Part shown: positions 10,226 to 18,165 of the stretch, piece by piece
Layout: every line of letters starts with the position of its first letter
Numbering within the stretch: position 1 is the first letter of the stretch
NCBI GenBank assembly: GCA_031459915.1
Contig: JAVKHO010000002.1
Span: forward strand, 102,597 to 166,596
Reading direction: 5' to 3'
DNA: 64,000 bases
Source of the DNA: Candidatus Tepidifontimicrobium thermophilum
GTDB taxonomy: Bacteria > Sysuimicrobiota > Sysuimicrobiia > Sysuimicrobiales > Sysuimicrobiaceae
Made by a program: the position numbers and the translations under genes
Notes under the pieces: model-generated
What the model was told of the DNA's origin: nothing
Seen by the model: only the letters and a program-made list of their open reading frames with translations
Databases searched by the model: none

Positions 10226-10500
10226 CGTCCCCGCGACCGGCCCTGACGCCGGAGGCGACGGGACAGTTCAGCGTGCTCCACCACCCTCCCGGCCTCCAGG
10301 TCCGCGAGGCCCCGCTTCAGCGAGGTACGGACTTCGGGCACTGTCTCCAGCCAGTCCAGGTGCCGTTCCCACGTCTCCTGCTCCGCCATGCGCCGCAGGG
10401 CTTCCCGCACCACGAAGCTCCGGTTACCGGCCCGGGGAGCCGCCAGCTGGTCCAGGACCCGAGAGCCCTCCTCGTCCAGGGTGACCTGAACTCTCCTCAA
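10222..10500 (-). CDS. Ribbon-helix-helix antitoxin
   Basis: RVQVTLD..LDQLA..NRSFVVREAL RHH pattern; C-terminal GLADLEAGRVV typical of ParD-like antitoxins. Confidence 0.78.
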   Translation of the reverse strand: MRRVQVTLDEEGSRVLDQLAAPRAGNRSFVVREALRRMAEQETWERHLDWLETVPEVRTSLKRGLADLEAGRVVEHAELSRRLRRQGRSRGR

Positions 10501-10575
10501 GGGGTCTTACCACCTACGGGCAGGTCGGCGGACGGGGTTCCGGTAATGCCGCGGGGTTCGCACCCTCTCCAAACG

Positions 10576-10607
10576 CTGCGCCCCCGGGCAGCTGCCCGGG
10601 GGCGCAG
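10576..10607. terminator. Perfect 32-bp GC palindrome, likely terminator of the SLH gene
   Basis: CTGCGCCCCCGGGCAG|CTGCCCGGGGGCGCAG lies 20 bp after the SLH stop, with a short T run on the minus strand. Confidence 0.7.
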
Positions 10608-10627
10608 AGAGTGTCGCTGGCCAGGGA

Positions 10628-12184
10628 CTACCAGCGCGTGGCGGCGTACAATCCGGCCGCCTGCTGAACCGTCAGCCCACCCGCCGTAGACGAGACGTAG
10701 AACAGCGTAACGTCTACGCGGGGTGCCACAGTCCACGTCAGGCCGCCCTCCCAGAGGTTCCAGGAGTCCCCGCTGTAGGGTGCGCCCAGCGGGGTCTTGA
10801 AGTTCCCCCACTCGCCCAGCGCCCACGCCGTCAGGTTGTCCAGGAGCTTGAGATCCAGCCGCGCACCGAACGCCCGCAGGTTAGGCGTGAAGTAGAACGA
10901 CGGGTAGAAGTCCGGCGACCGCAGGTTCCCACGCGGCCGGGGGATGTTCAACGGGTCGAAGTCCTTGTACCACAGAGTCAGCTTCGGCGACAGCGCCTCC
11001 ACTCCGAACAAGGTGGCGAAGTCCAGTGCCGCCTGGACCTGCCAGTAGTTGCTCGTGGTGGAGAACGTGTCGTTCCGGTAGTTGGCATACTCCGCGGTCA
11101 GGCGCAGCCCGGCGAGGAGGTCTCCGCTGAGGTCTGCGCTCCAGCCGAAGCCGTCAGACCTACCGGCGCCTGCCGCTGGGGCGGCTGGCGCGGCGCCGTT
11201 CAGCGCGTCACTGCGAGCGTTCACCCCCAGCGTCCAGCCCGGCAACAGCGCGAAGGCCAGCCGACCCCCGACCACCGTCGCGGGGTTCGCCTGCGCTGCG
11301 TCCTGCCACTGCACGAAGCCGAGCAGGCTGATTGGAGCCAGGCTCCACCGCACGTACACCCCGGTGCGCCGGTCGTTCCCGTTTCCCTCGTCCAGGAGCA
11401 GCCCGATCGGCCCAAGGGTCACCGTGTCGCGGCCTGCCCTCAGCTGCAGGCGCTCTACGTCGAACAGGTTGTCAACCGTGATGTAGGCCCGGTCGAAGTC
11501 GACGGTGTGTGCACCGCCCACCGTCGAGTAGTACCGCGACCGGAGGAACACGGACACTCCCGGGGCCACACTGCCGGTGTACTGCAGCCGGATCCGCGGC
11601 CAGATGTCCGCGGCACCGAACGTGTAGAGGGGGCCCGCCAGGTTGCCCACCAGAGGCGTCCCGGCGAGTGCCGTGGCGGTTCCGGGGGCAATGTAAGACG
11701 CATCGAACAGCCCCGTGATCCGCGTGTTGTCCAGGCGCGCCCGCAGGGCCGACAGCTCCTCCTCCAGGGCCGTCACCCGCACGCCCAGGGCCTGCAGCTC
11801 GGCCCGGAACTCGTTCACCAGCCGCTGCAGGGTAGCGATGGTGCGCTCGCTGGCCGCAATCCGGCCCGTGGCCGCGGTCAGGTCACGGCGCACCGCGTCC
11901 AGGTCCGCCCGGCGCACTTCCGGAGGCGGCGGGGTGGGGATGGCCTCGATGCGGGCGATGATGCGGGCCACGATCATCGCCATCTCGTAACGCGTCAGGG
12001 GCTGGTTGCCCTTGAAGGTCCCGTCCGGGAAGCCCTCGACCAAGCCCTTGGCGGCCAGCTCCGCAATGGCGTCGTAAGCCCAGTGGTTGGTGGGCACGTC
12101 CGCGAACGGCTGGCCGACCACGGGGGCCACGAGGGCGAGGACGAGGACCGCTGCCAGGGAGAGTGCCAACTTCCTCGTCTTCAT
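10628..12184 (-). CDS. SLH-domain / coiled-coil / beta-barrel outer-membrane tether (OmpM/SlpA-like)
   Basis: Signal peptide, SLH motif FADVPTNHWAYDAI..GFPDGTFKG..TRYEMA, a coiled-coil stalk, amphipathic beta strands and a terminal W. Confidence 0.88.
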   Translation of the reverse strand: MKTRKLALSLAAVLVLALVAPVVGQPFADVPTNHWAYDAIAELAAKGLVEGFPDGTFKGNQPLTRYEMAMIVARIIARIEAIPTPPPPEVRRADLDAVRRDLTAATGRIAASERTIATLQRLVNEFRAELQALGVRVTALEEELSALRARLDNTRITGLFDASYIAPGTATALAGTPLVGNLAGPLYTFGAADIWPRIRLQYTGSVAPGVSVFLRSRYYSTVGGAHTVDFDRAYITVDNLFDVERLQLRAGRDTVTLGPIGLLLDEGNGNDRRTGVYVRWSLAPISLLGFVQWQDAAQANPATVVGGRLAFALLPGWTLGVNARSDALNGAAPAAPAAGAGRSDGFGWSADLSGDLLAGLRLTAEYANYRNDTFSTTSNYWQVQAALDFATLFGVEALSPKLTLWYKDFDPLNIPRPRGNLRSPDFYPSFYFTPNLRAFGARLDLKLLDNLTAWALGEWGNFKTPLGAPYSGDSWNLWEGGLTWTVAPRVDVTLFYVSSTAGGLTVQQAAGLYAATRW

Positions 12185-12451
12185 GCTGGGTTTCCCCCCT
12201 GTGCTGTTTTGGGTTTTCCGGCCCCCCTCAGAGGATCGTTCTGTGGAGTCACCTTGTTGTCTCCACCATGACCCACCTGGGAGCAGCCGGTCCGCGCGGG
12301 ACAGTCGCCCGCGCCTGCTGGCGCTTTCGACCCGCCGGATGGCGGGCCGTCCTGCCGCCTCCCACCACCTCCTTCCCGCGCCTTCAGCCTGGTGGGCTAC
12401 CGCCCGCCACGCCTTTTTCGCCAGTCCTCTGTTTTCGCTCTGGTAGACCCA

Positions 12452-12481
12452 ATTCTATGGACGCGCCCGAACTCCTGTCAA
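12452..12481 (-). promoter_or_regulatory. Sigma70 promoter of the SLH gene, giving a leader of about 260 nt
   Basis: TTGACA (12481-12476), 18 bp spacer, TAGAAT (12457-12452). Confidence 0.75.
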
Positions 12482-12873
12482 ACCAAACGGGCTTTTTCGA
12501 GGAACCGCTCGGCCAGGATTTCGGCGACGTAGTCGTCCACAGGCCGGGGCGGGACCCGCAGCCCCTCGGGGATCAAGCGGGCCAGTCCTCTGGCCGGATG
12601 GTCCCGGAAGTACCGGCGCCTGGCCTCAAGGCTGGACCCCCGCTCGGGCACCGTTTCCACCGGTCTGCCCAGGCCGGAAACCTCCCGGAGCACCTCCTGG
12701 GACCCGGTGGCGTCGCCGACCACGACCACGTGTACGGCATACTCACCTGCCAGCTCGGCAACCCGCCAGGCCAGCCGGTCCCGCGCCACCACCTCCCGGT
12801 GGAGGACCCTTCCGGGCCGCACGACCGCAAGCCCGCACTTTTCCCGACCCGGGTCTATTGCGAGGACGGTCAC
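12478..12873 (-). CDS. YqgF/RuvX-like RNase H-fold nuclease
   Basis: LAIDPGREKCGLAVV, VVGDAT, ERGSSLEAR and VDDYVA. Confidence 0.82.
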   Translation of the reverse strand: MTVLAIDPGREKCGLAVVRPGRVLHREVVARDRLAWRVAELAGEYAVHVVVVGDATGSQEVLREVSGLGRPVETVPERGSSLEARRRYFRDHPARGLARLIPEGLRVPPRPVDDYVAEILAERFLEKARLV

Positions 12874-12912
12874 GCTCTTCTGGGGAAGGTCAGATCCCGA
12901 CGCCCCTGCAGC

Positions 12913-13227
12913 CTACCGGGTCCGCAGCAGGACGGTGACGAGGGTACCTCCGATCCCCACCAGCACGGTGAGGAAGGTCCCCATCAGCCAGTAGAACAAC
13001 CGCCCCATCTCAGCCCGCACGGCCTGGATCTCCCCGCGCACCCCCTGGATGTCGGACCGGAACTCCGCCCGCAGGTTCTGGAGCTCGGCCCGCACCGCCT
13101 GGATCTCCGTCCGGAACTCCGCCCGCAGGGCCTGCAGGTCCGCCCCGAGGTCCCCGAGCCGCTTGTCCAGCTGCTCGTAGCTGCCCTCCAGACGGGCCAT
13201 GCGGACTTCCAGGGCGTCGGTGGCCAT
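12913..13227 (-). CDS. Small coiled-coil protein with C-terminal TM anchor, copy A (104 aa)
   Basis: Heptad/hendecad repeats LRAEFRTEIQAVRAE, then hydrophobic LFYWLMGTFLTVLVGIGGTLVTVLL and a basic tail. Confidence 0.8.
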   Translation of the reverse strand: MATDALEVRMARLEGSYEQLDKRLGDLGADLQALRAEFRTEIQAVRAELQNLRAEFRSDIQGVRGEIQAVRAEMGRLFYWLMGTFLTVLVGIGGTLVTVLLRTR

Positions 13228-13306
13228 CCCGCCGGCATTGTACCACCGCGGGCCGCCTGGCTCCCGTCGCTTCGCCCGTGCCTGGGAGGTCTTTTGAGGC
13301 CCAGAC

Positions 13307-13600
13307 CTACCGCGTCCGCAGGAGGACGGTGACGATGGTCCCCCCGATCCCCACCAGCACCGTGAGGAAGGTCCCCATCAGCCAGTAGAACAACCGCCCC
13401 ATCTCCGCCCGCACGGCCTGGAGGTCGGACCGGAACTCCGCCCGCAGGTTCTGGAGCTCGGCCCGCACCGCCTGGATCTCCGTCCGGAACTCCGCCCGCA
13501 GGGCTTGCAGGTCCGCCCCGAGGTCCCCGAGCCGCTTGTCCAGCTGCTCGTAGCTGCCCTCCAGACGGGCCATGCGGACTTCCAGGGCGTCGGTGGCCAT
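13307..13600 (-). CDS. Small coiled-coil protein with C-terminal TM anchor, copy B (97 aa)
   Basis: Near-identical to copy A but one heptad shorter. ATG 13600 lies 9 nt after TGCTACAAT. Confidence 0.8.
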   Translation of the reverse strand: MATDALEVRMARLEGSYEQLDKRLGDLGADLQALRAEFRTEIQAVRAELQNLRAEFRSDLQAVRAEMGRLFYWLMGTFLTVLVGIGGTIVTVLLRTR

Positions 13601-13683
13601 CCCGCCGGCATTGTAGCACGCCGGCCCCCTGGCTCCGTCCGGCCCACGGCCGTACAATCGTGCCGAGGTCGGGGGACGCTTCC

Positions 13684-14457
13684 GTGCGCTTTGTCAACGT
13701 GCCCAAGGCGCTTCGGGACCAGCTGGGGGAAGAGGCCACCCAGGCCCTGGTGGACCTGCTCAACGCCGCCACCGACCAGACCCAGGCCGACACCCTCGCC
13801 CTGTCGGAGGGAAAGTACGAGCGACGGCTGTCAGAGGAGGCGGCCAGGCTGGACCGCAGGGTCGCCGAGGAGGCCGGCCGCCTGGACAACCGTATCACCG
13901 AGGAAGCCGCCAAACTGGACCGCAGAATGACCGAAGAGGTCGCACGCCTCGACAACCGTATCACCGAGGAAGCCGCCAAGCTCGACCGCAGGATCACCGA
14001 AGAGGTCGCCCGCCTGGAAACCCGCATCGCCGAGGAGGTCGCCAACCTCGACCGCAGGGTCACCGAAGAGGTCGCACGCCTCGACAACCGTATCACCGAG
14101 GAAGCCGGCAAGCTCGACCGCAGGATCACCGAAGAGGTCGCCCGCCTGGAAACCCGCATCGCCGAAGAGTCCAGCAAGCTCGACCGCAGGATCACCGAAG
14201 AGGTCGCACGCCTGGAAACCCGCATCGCCGAAGAGTCCGGCAAGCTCGACCGCAGGGTCACCGAAGAGGTCGCACGCCTGGAAAACCGCATCGCCGAGGA
14301 GGTGGCCAAGGTCGACCGCAGGATCACCGAAGAGGTCGCACGCCTGCGGACCCAGATCTCGGACGTGCGGGCGGACCTGATCCGGTGGATGTTCGTGTTC
14401 TGGGTGGGCCAGATCGGCGTCCTCCTGGGGATCCTGTTCGCCTTCTTCCGCAGGTAG
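13684..14457 (+). CDS. DUF1640/CCDC90-like head-stalk-anchor protein with hendecad repeats
   Basis: Head VPKALRDQLGEEATQALVDLLN, 11-residue repeats and anchor LIRWMFVFWVGQIGVLLGILFAFF. Start moved to GTG 13684 because 13660 abuts the TACAAT -10 at 13653-13658. Confidence 0.85.
   Translation: MRFVNVPKALRDQLGEEATQALVDLLNAATDQTQADTLALSEGKYERRLSEEAARLDRRVAEEAGRLDNRITEEAAKLDRRMTEEVARLDNRITEEAAKLDRRITEEVARLETRIAEEVANLDRRVTEEVARLDNRITEEAGKLDRRITEEVARLETRIAEESSKLDRRITEEVARLETRIAEESGKLDRRVTEEVARLENRIAEEVAKVDRRITEEVARLRTQISDVRADLIRWMFVFWVGQIGVLLGILFAFFRR
13816..14343 (+). repeat. Intragenic 33-bp tandem repeat, about 16 units
   Basis: Units encode L(D/E)(R/N/T)RI(T/A)EE(V/A/S)A(R/K); some units recur almost exactly in DNA. 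Confidence 0.95.
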
Positions 14458-14551
14458 GAGCAGGCCGACCCTCCCGCGGTTTGGCCTCCGGCGCGCCGGT
14501 GGTGCAGGGCTCGCGCCGGCTCCCGTAAAATTCCACGGCGGGGAGGTCACG

Positions 14552-15121
14552 GTGGCGATCCAGCTCGACCTGCTGCACCCGGTCACCGACGAGGAGCTGC
14601 TTCAGCTCTCCGAGCGTAACCCGGGCTACCAGTTCGAGCGCACCGCGGACGGGAGGCTGGTGGTGAGTCCCACGGGGGGCCAGAGCGGCAAGAGGAGCGG
14701 CGAGGTTTTCGGTCAGCTCAGGGCGTGGAACCAACAGGTCGGGACAGGCGTGGTCTTCGACTCCTCCACCGGCTTCCTGCTTCCGGACGGCTCGGCGCTG
14801 TCTCCTGACGCCTCGTGGATGCGGAGGGAGCGGTGGGAGGCGCTGTCCGAGGACGAACGGGAGGGCTTCGTCCCGGTGTGCCCGGACGCCGTGTTCGAGA
14901 TCCGGTCCCGCACGCAGCGCCTGCAGGAGTTGCGGGAAAAGATGCGCGCCTACCTGCGCAACGGCGCCCGGGTCGCGGTCCTGGTCGACCCCTACGCCGC
15001 TTCCGTGGAGGTGTACCGGCCCGGCAGCGAGCCCCAGCTGTACCAGGGCGTGCAGCGCGTCCGGCTCGACCCGGAGCTCCCCGGCTTCGAACTGGACCTG
15101 GCACCGGTCTTCGGGGAGTAA
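14552..15121 (+). CDS. Uma2/DUF820 family PD-(D/E)xK endonuclease
   Basis: FDSSTGFLLPDGSALSPDASW, CPDAVFEIRS, KMRAYLRNGAR and LPGFELDL. Preceded by TAAAAT and GGGGAGG. Confidence 0.92.
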   Translation: MAIQLDLLHPVTDEELLQLSERNPGYQFERTADGRLVVSPTGGQSGKRSGEVFGQLRAWNQQVGTGVVFDSSTGFLLPDGSALSPDASWMRRERWEALSEDEREGFVPVCPDAVFEIRSRTQRLQELREKMRAYLRNGARVAVLVDPYAASVEVYRPGSEPQLYQGVQRVRLDPELPGFELDLAPVFGE

Positions 15122-15134
15122 ACGCGTGCCCCGA

Positions 15135-16040
15135 CTACGGCTGCACGGTGCGGAAGGCCACCCACACCACGTAGTAGCTGTCCACGGGCTGACCGTCCCG
15201 GCGGGCGGGCTCGAAGTGCCACCCGCTGAGGGCGGTGACCGCGGCCCGGTCCAGGTCCGGGTCCCCGGAGGAGACGAGGAGCTCCACGGCCCCCACGGTC
15301 CCGTCCGCCCGCACCAGCAGCCGCACCCTGAGCCGGCCTTCCGGCCTCACCGGCAGGCCGCCGGCTGACCCACCGCCCGGTTCCACGGCCAGACGGAAGC
15401 CCGGGTACTCCGGGGCCGGTGCGTACACGGGCTTCGGCGGCGTCACCTGCAGGGCCGGCTTCCGAGCCGGGTCCACCACCGCGGCCCCCGCTCCGGCGGG
15501 TTCCGGCGAGAGCTCCTGCGAGGAGGCTACAGGGCTCTCGGAGCCGGCCGGCACTTCCCGGTCGTCTGCAGCCTGGCCAGCAACGCCGGAAACCTCTGGC
15601 AGCGCGGACTGGGCTGTCTGTGCACCAGGTGCCCGAGAGCTCGGGGCGGCTTGCGGTGTCCGCTCCGGAGTTTCCACCCCCCCCGCACCGCCGGACGGCT
15701 GGGGCTTGTTGGAAGGCTCACGGCGCGGCGCAGGGGTGTGCGCCTCGGAAGGCCGATAAAGGTGGCTCGCGGCCCGGCGCGGGGGCGGTGGGTTGGTCGG
15801 GCCCTCCGGCACCGCGGGCGCACGTGGGCTCCCACGGGGAGCGGCGTTTGCTCCAGCGGGCCGCGGGGCCGCCTGAGTTGGCTGCAAGACGCCGCCTTCC
15901 TCCTCCGCGGTGGGCGACCGGACGTGACCCTTCACCCGAGATACGTCCTCCTGTGGCGGGGCGGGTGTGCGCCACGTGTGCGTAACGGCCAGGGCCAGCC
16001 CCGCGACTGCCAACCCGACGGCCACAGCCTCCCGCCGCAC
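15135..16040 (-). CDS. tonB: TonB family energy transducer
   Basis: N-terminal TM with His, Pro-rich linker, C-terminal domain VRADGTV..SSG..LDRAA..WHFEPA; follows the TBDT gene. Confidence 0.85.
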   Translation of the reverse strand: MRREAVAVGLAVAGLALAVTHTWRTPAPPQEDVSRVKGHVRSPTAEEEGGVLQPTQAAPRPAGANAAPRGSPRAPAVPEGPTNPPPPRRAASHLYRPSEAHTPAPRREPSNKPQPSGGAGGVETPERTPQAAPSSRAPGAQTAQSALPEVSGVAGQAADDREVPAGSESPVASSQELSPEPAGAGAAVVDPARKPALQVTPPKPVYAPAPEYPGFRLAVEPGGGSAGGLPVRPEGRLRVRLLVRADGTVGAVELLVSSGDPDLDRAAVTALSGWHFEPARRDGQPVDSYYVVWVAFRTVQP

Positions 16041-16042
16041 GG

Positions 16043-17866
16043 CTACCTCCGGCTGGTGACCTGGACGAAGAACGTCCGGCCTGGCGCGGGGTAGCCGCGC
16101 AGGGTCTCGTAGCGAGCGTCCAGCAGGTTGTCCACGCCGACGCTCACGAGCACGTCGGAAGCCGCCACTTCATAGCGCAGCCCCACGGTCACGTACCCCG
16201 GCAGGGTCACCCGGGTCGCGGGGAAGCTGGAGAAGTCCAGGTCCTCGCGCTCGCCGACGTAGCTGGCCAGCACCACCAGCGCGGCCTCGCCTCCCAGCTC
16301 GCGCCGCAGGACCACGTTCGCGGCCCACCGGGGAAGCCGGAGGAGCGCCAGCCCCGTGGTCCGGTCCACCCCGTCGGTCCACGTCAGGTTGGCCAGGACC
16401 TGCCAGCCGTCCGCCGGCGTCCCGCTGAGTTCCAGCGACGCTCCGGAAACCCGCGCGGAGCCCACATTCTGCGGGTTGCACCCACCCACGATCAGGTTGT
16501 GGGCGTCGGTGTAGAAGGTGTTGACCCGCGCCACGAGCGCCGGCCGCGGTGCGTACTCCAGTCCCAGGTCCGCAGACCAGGCGGACTCGGGCAGCAGGTT
16601 CGGGTTGCTGCAACCGGGGAAGTACAGCTCCGCGAACGTGGGGCCACGGAACGTCCGGCCCACTCCACCCCTCACCCGTAGGGTGTCCGTGACGAAGTGC
16701 ACGAACCCGACGCGGGGGTTCAGCTGGCCGCCGTACGCGGAGTGCAGGTCAGCCCGCAGGCCCAGCCCCAGCAGGGTCCGGTCGGACACCGGCACGTCGT
16801 ACTGCGCGAACGCCGCGCCGACCTGCGCGGTCCCGTCGAAGCCTCCAAACGTGCTCCTGAAACCATACGCGGCCTGCTGCCACTCCCCGCCTACCGTGAG
16901 TACCCCAGCACCCGGGAGCCTGCGCACGTCCTGCCACTCCGCGCCGTACGCCTGGCCCGAGGCGGACGAGCTGTAGCCTGAGGCGCGGTAGTCCAGGGAG
17001 TCCCCGTACCACCACAGCCGCAGCCGCTGCCCCCCTCCGTCGGCCGCCGTCCGGTCCCACGCCAGCTGCAGCACCGTCCTGCGGTCGGACTGCCGGTCCG
17101 GGCACGGGTAACAGAAGCTGTTGGTGGCGCCGGGCACGCCGTAGCCGGCGTCCGTGTGGTGCACCTGAAACGTCCAGCGCGAGCCCCGCTGCGACTCCAC
17201 GCCGAGGTGCAACGTCCCGGTCCACCGCGAGGCGTCGCCGTTGGGCTGGTAGCCGCCGCTGCCGAGGTGTTCGACCCCTACCGCGTACCGCGTGCCTTGG
17301 GCCTGTCCGCCCACGCTCAGCGCTGCCAGGGAGTCAGCGGCTCCCCCGTAGCCCGCCCGCAGGCGCAACCGGTTGGTCGGCCGCGTCACCACGTGGACCA
17401 CGCCGCCCAGAGCGCCACTCCCCCAGAGGGCCGAGTACGGGCCCCGCAGCACTTCCACCCGGTCCACCTCCGCCAGGGACAACGTGGCGAGGTTCACCCC
17501 CAGCTGCGCGGTGGCGTTGAGCGGGACGCCGTCGAGCAGCACCAGCACTTGCTGCGGGCTGCTGCCGCGCACCGAAGGCTGCAACAGCCCCCCGGGGCCA
17601 CTATAGTTTTCGCGTACGTATACCTCCGCGAGGTAGCGCAGCGCCTCCCCCACGGTGCGCAGCCCCAGCCTGCGCAGCTGTTCGCCCGAGAGCACGGTGA
17701 CGTACGCGGGGCTGGAACGGACAGGTTCGGGGCGGCGGCCTGAAACCACCACCTCTTCGCCCTCGAAGGTCGGGATTTCCTGCGCCCGCGCAGCAAGGGG
17801 AATCGTGAGGACAACCCACAAGGTGAGGAAAGCCCGCACGACGCGGGCCTGCAAGGAAGGCCTCAT
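16043..17866 (-). CDS. btuB: TonB-dependent receptor, BtuB-like (cobalamin)
   Basis: Signal peptide, TonB box EVVVSG, plug motif VEVLRGPYSALWGSGALGGVV and C-terminal DNLLD..Y..PGRTF; downstream of a cobalamin riboswitch. ATG 17866 follows GGAGG. Confidence 0.88.
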   Translation of the reverse strand: MRPSLQARVVRAFLTLWVVLTIPLAARAQEIPTFEGEEVVVSGRRPEPVRSSPAYVTVLSGEQLRRLGLRTVGEALRYLAEVYVRENYSGPGGLLQPSVRGSSPQQVLVLLDGVPLNATAQLGVNLATLSLAEVDRVEVLRGPYSALWGSGALGGVVHVVTRPTNRLRLRAGYGGAADSLAALSVGGQAQGTRYAVGVEHLGSGGYQPNGDASRWTGTLHLGVESQRGSRWTFQVHHTDAGYGVPGATNSFCYPCPDRQSDRRTVLQLAWDRTAADGGGQRLRLWWYGDSLDYRASGYSSSASGQAYGAEWQDVRRLPGAGVLTVGGEWQQAAYGFRSTFGGFDGTAQVGAAFAQYDVPVSDRTLLGLGLRADLHSAYGGQLNPRVGFVHFVTDTLRVRGGVGRTFRGPTFAELYFPGCSNPNLLPESAWSADLGLEYAPRPALVARVNTFYTDAHNLIVGGCNPQNVGSARVSGASLELSGTPADGWQVLANLTWTDGVDRTTGLALLRLPRWAANVVLRRELGGEAALVVLASYVGEREDLDFSSFPATRVTLPGYVTVGLRYEVAASDVLVSVGVDNLLDARYETLRGYPAPGRTFFVQVTSRR

Positions 17867-17905
17867 CTTCCCACCTCCGCTTTGCACCCGAAGGGTGTGG
17901 GACCG

Positions 17906-18095
17906 CGTGCGGGCAGGTCTTCTGGCTCCGGATCCTCGCCCTCCCCGCCCTTCCCAGGCCGCCGGCTTGCACCTCTACGGCCCAGTGGGTGGCGCCGGTT
18001 GGCGCCTGTGGGTCAGGCTCTCCGTTACAGCGGCGGGAACCGCGCCGGATTTGCCCGGACTTCGGGCTGCACCGGACTTCCCTTGGCCCGCACGC
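17906..18095 (-). ncRNA. Cobalamin riboswitch
   Basis: AGGGAA-CCGGTG..AATCCGG-CGGTTCCCGCCGCTGTAA, CCACTGGG..CCTGGGAAGG and B12 box GAGCCAGAAGACCTGCC. P1 is GCGTGCGGGC/GCCCGCACGC. Confidence 0.93.
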
Positions 18096-18099
18096 CGTG

Positions 18100-18128
18100 A
18101 TTATACGGGCAGCGGTCGGCGGTGTCCA
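18100..18128 (-). promoter_or_regulatory. Promoter of riboswitch-btuB-tonB
   Basis: TGGACA-N17-TATAAT immediately upstream of P1. Confidence 0.75.
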
Positions 18129-18165
18129 ATCGCCAGTCCCGCTCCAGCCCGGGATCCTGGGCGGG

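Larger units (their letters stand above)
12913..13618. repeat. Tandem near-identical gene duplication including promoters
   Basis: About 12913-13245 matches about 13307-13618 except for a 21-bp in-frame indel and a few substitutions. Confidence 0.92.

Noticed and set aside
13816..14343. 33-bp periodic array as a possible CRISPR
   Set aside because: Units are contiguous and in frame, with no unique spacers. They encode a coiled coil, and no cas genes are present.
12984..14586. Repetitive minus-strand ORFs (447 aa and 251 aa)
   Set aside because: Shadow frames of the hendecad repeat gene; no stop codons arise in the repeat.
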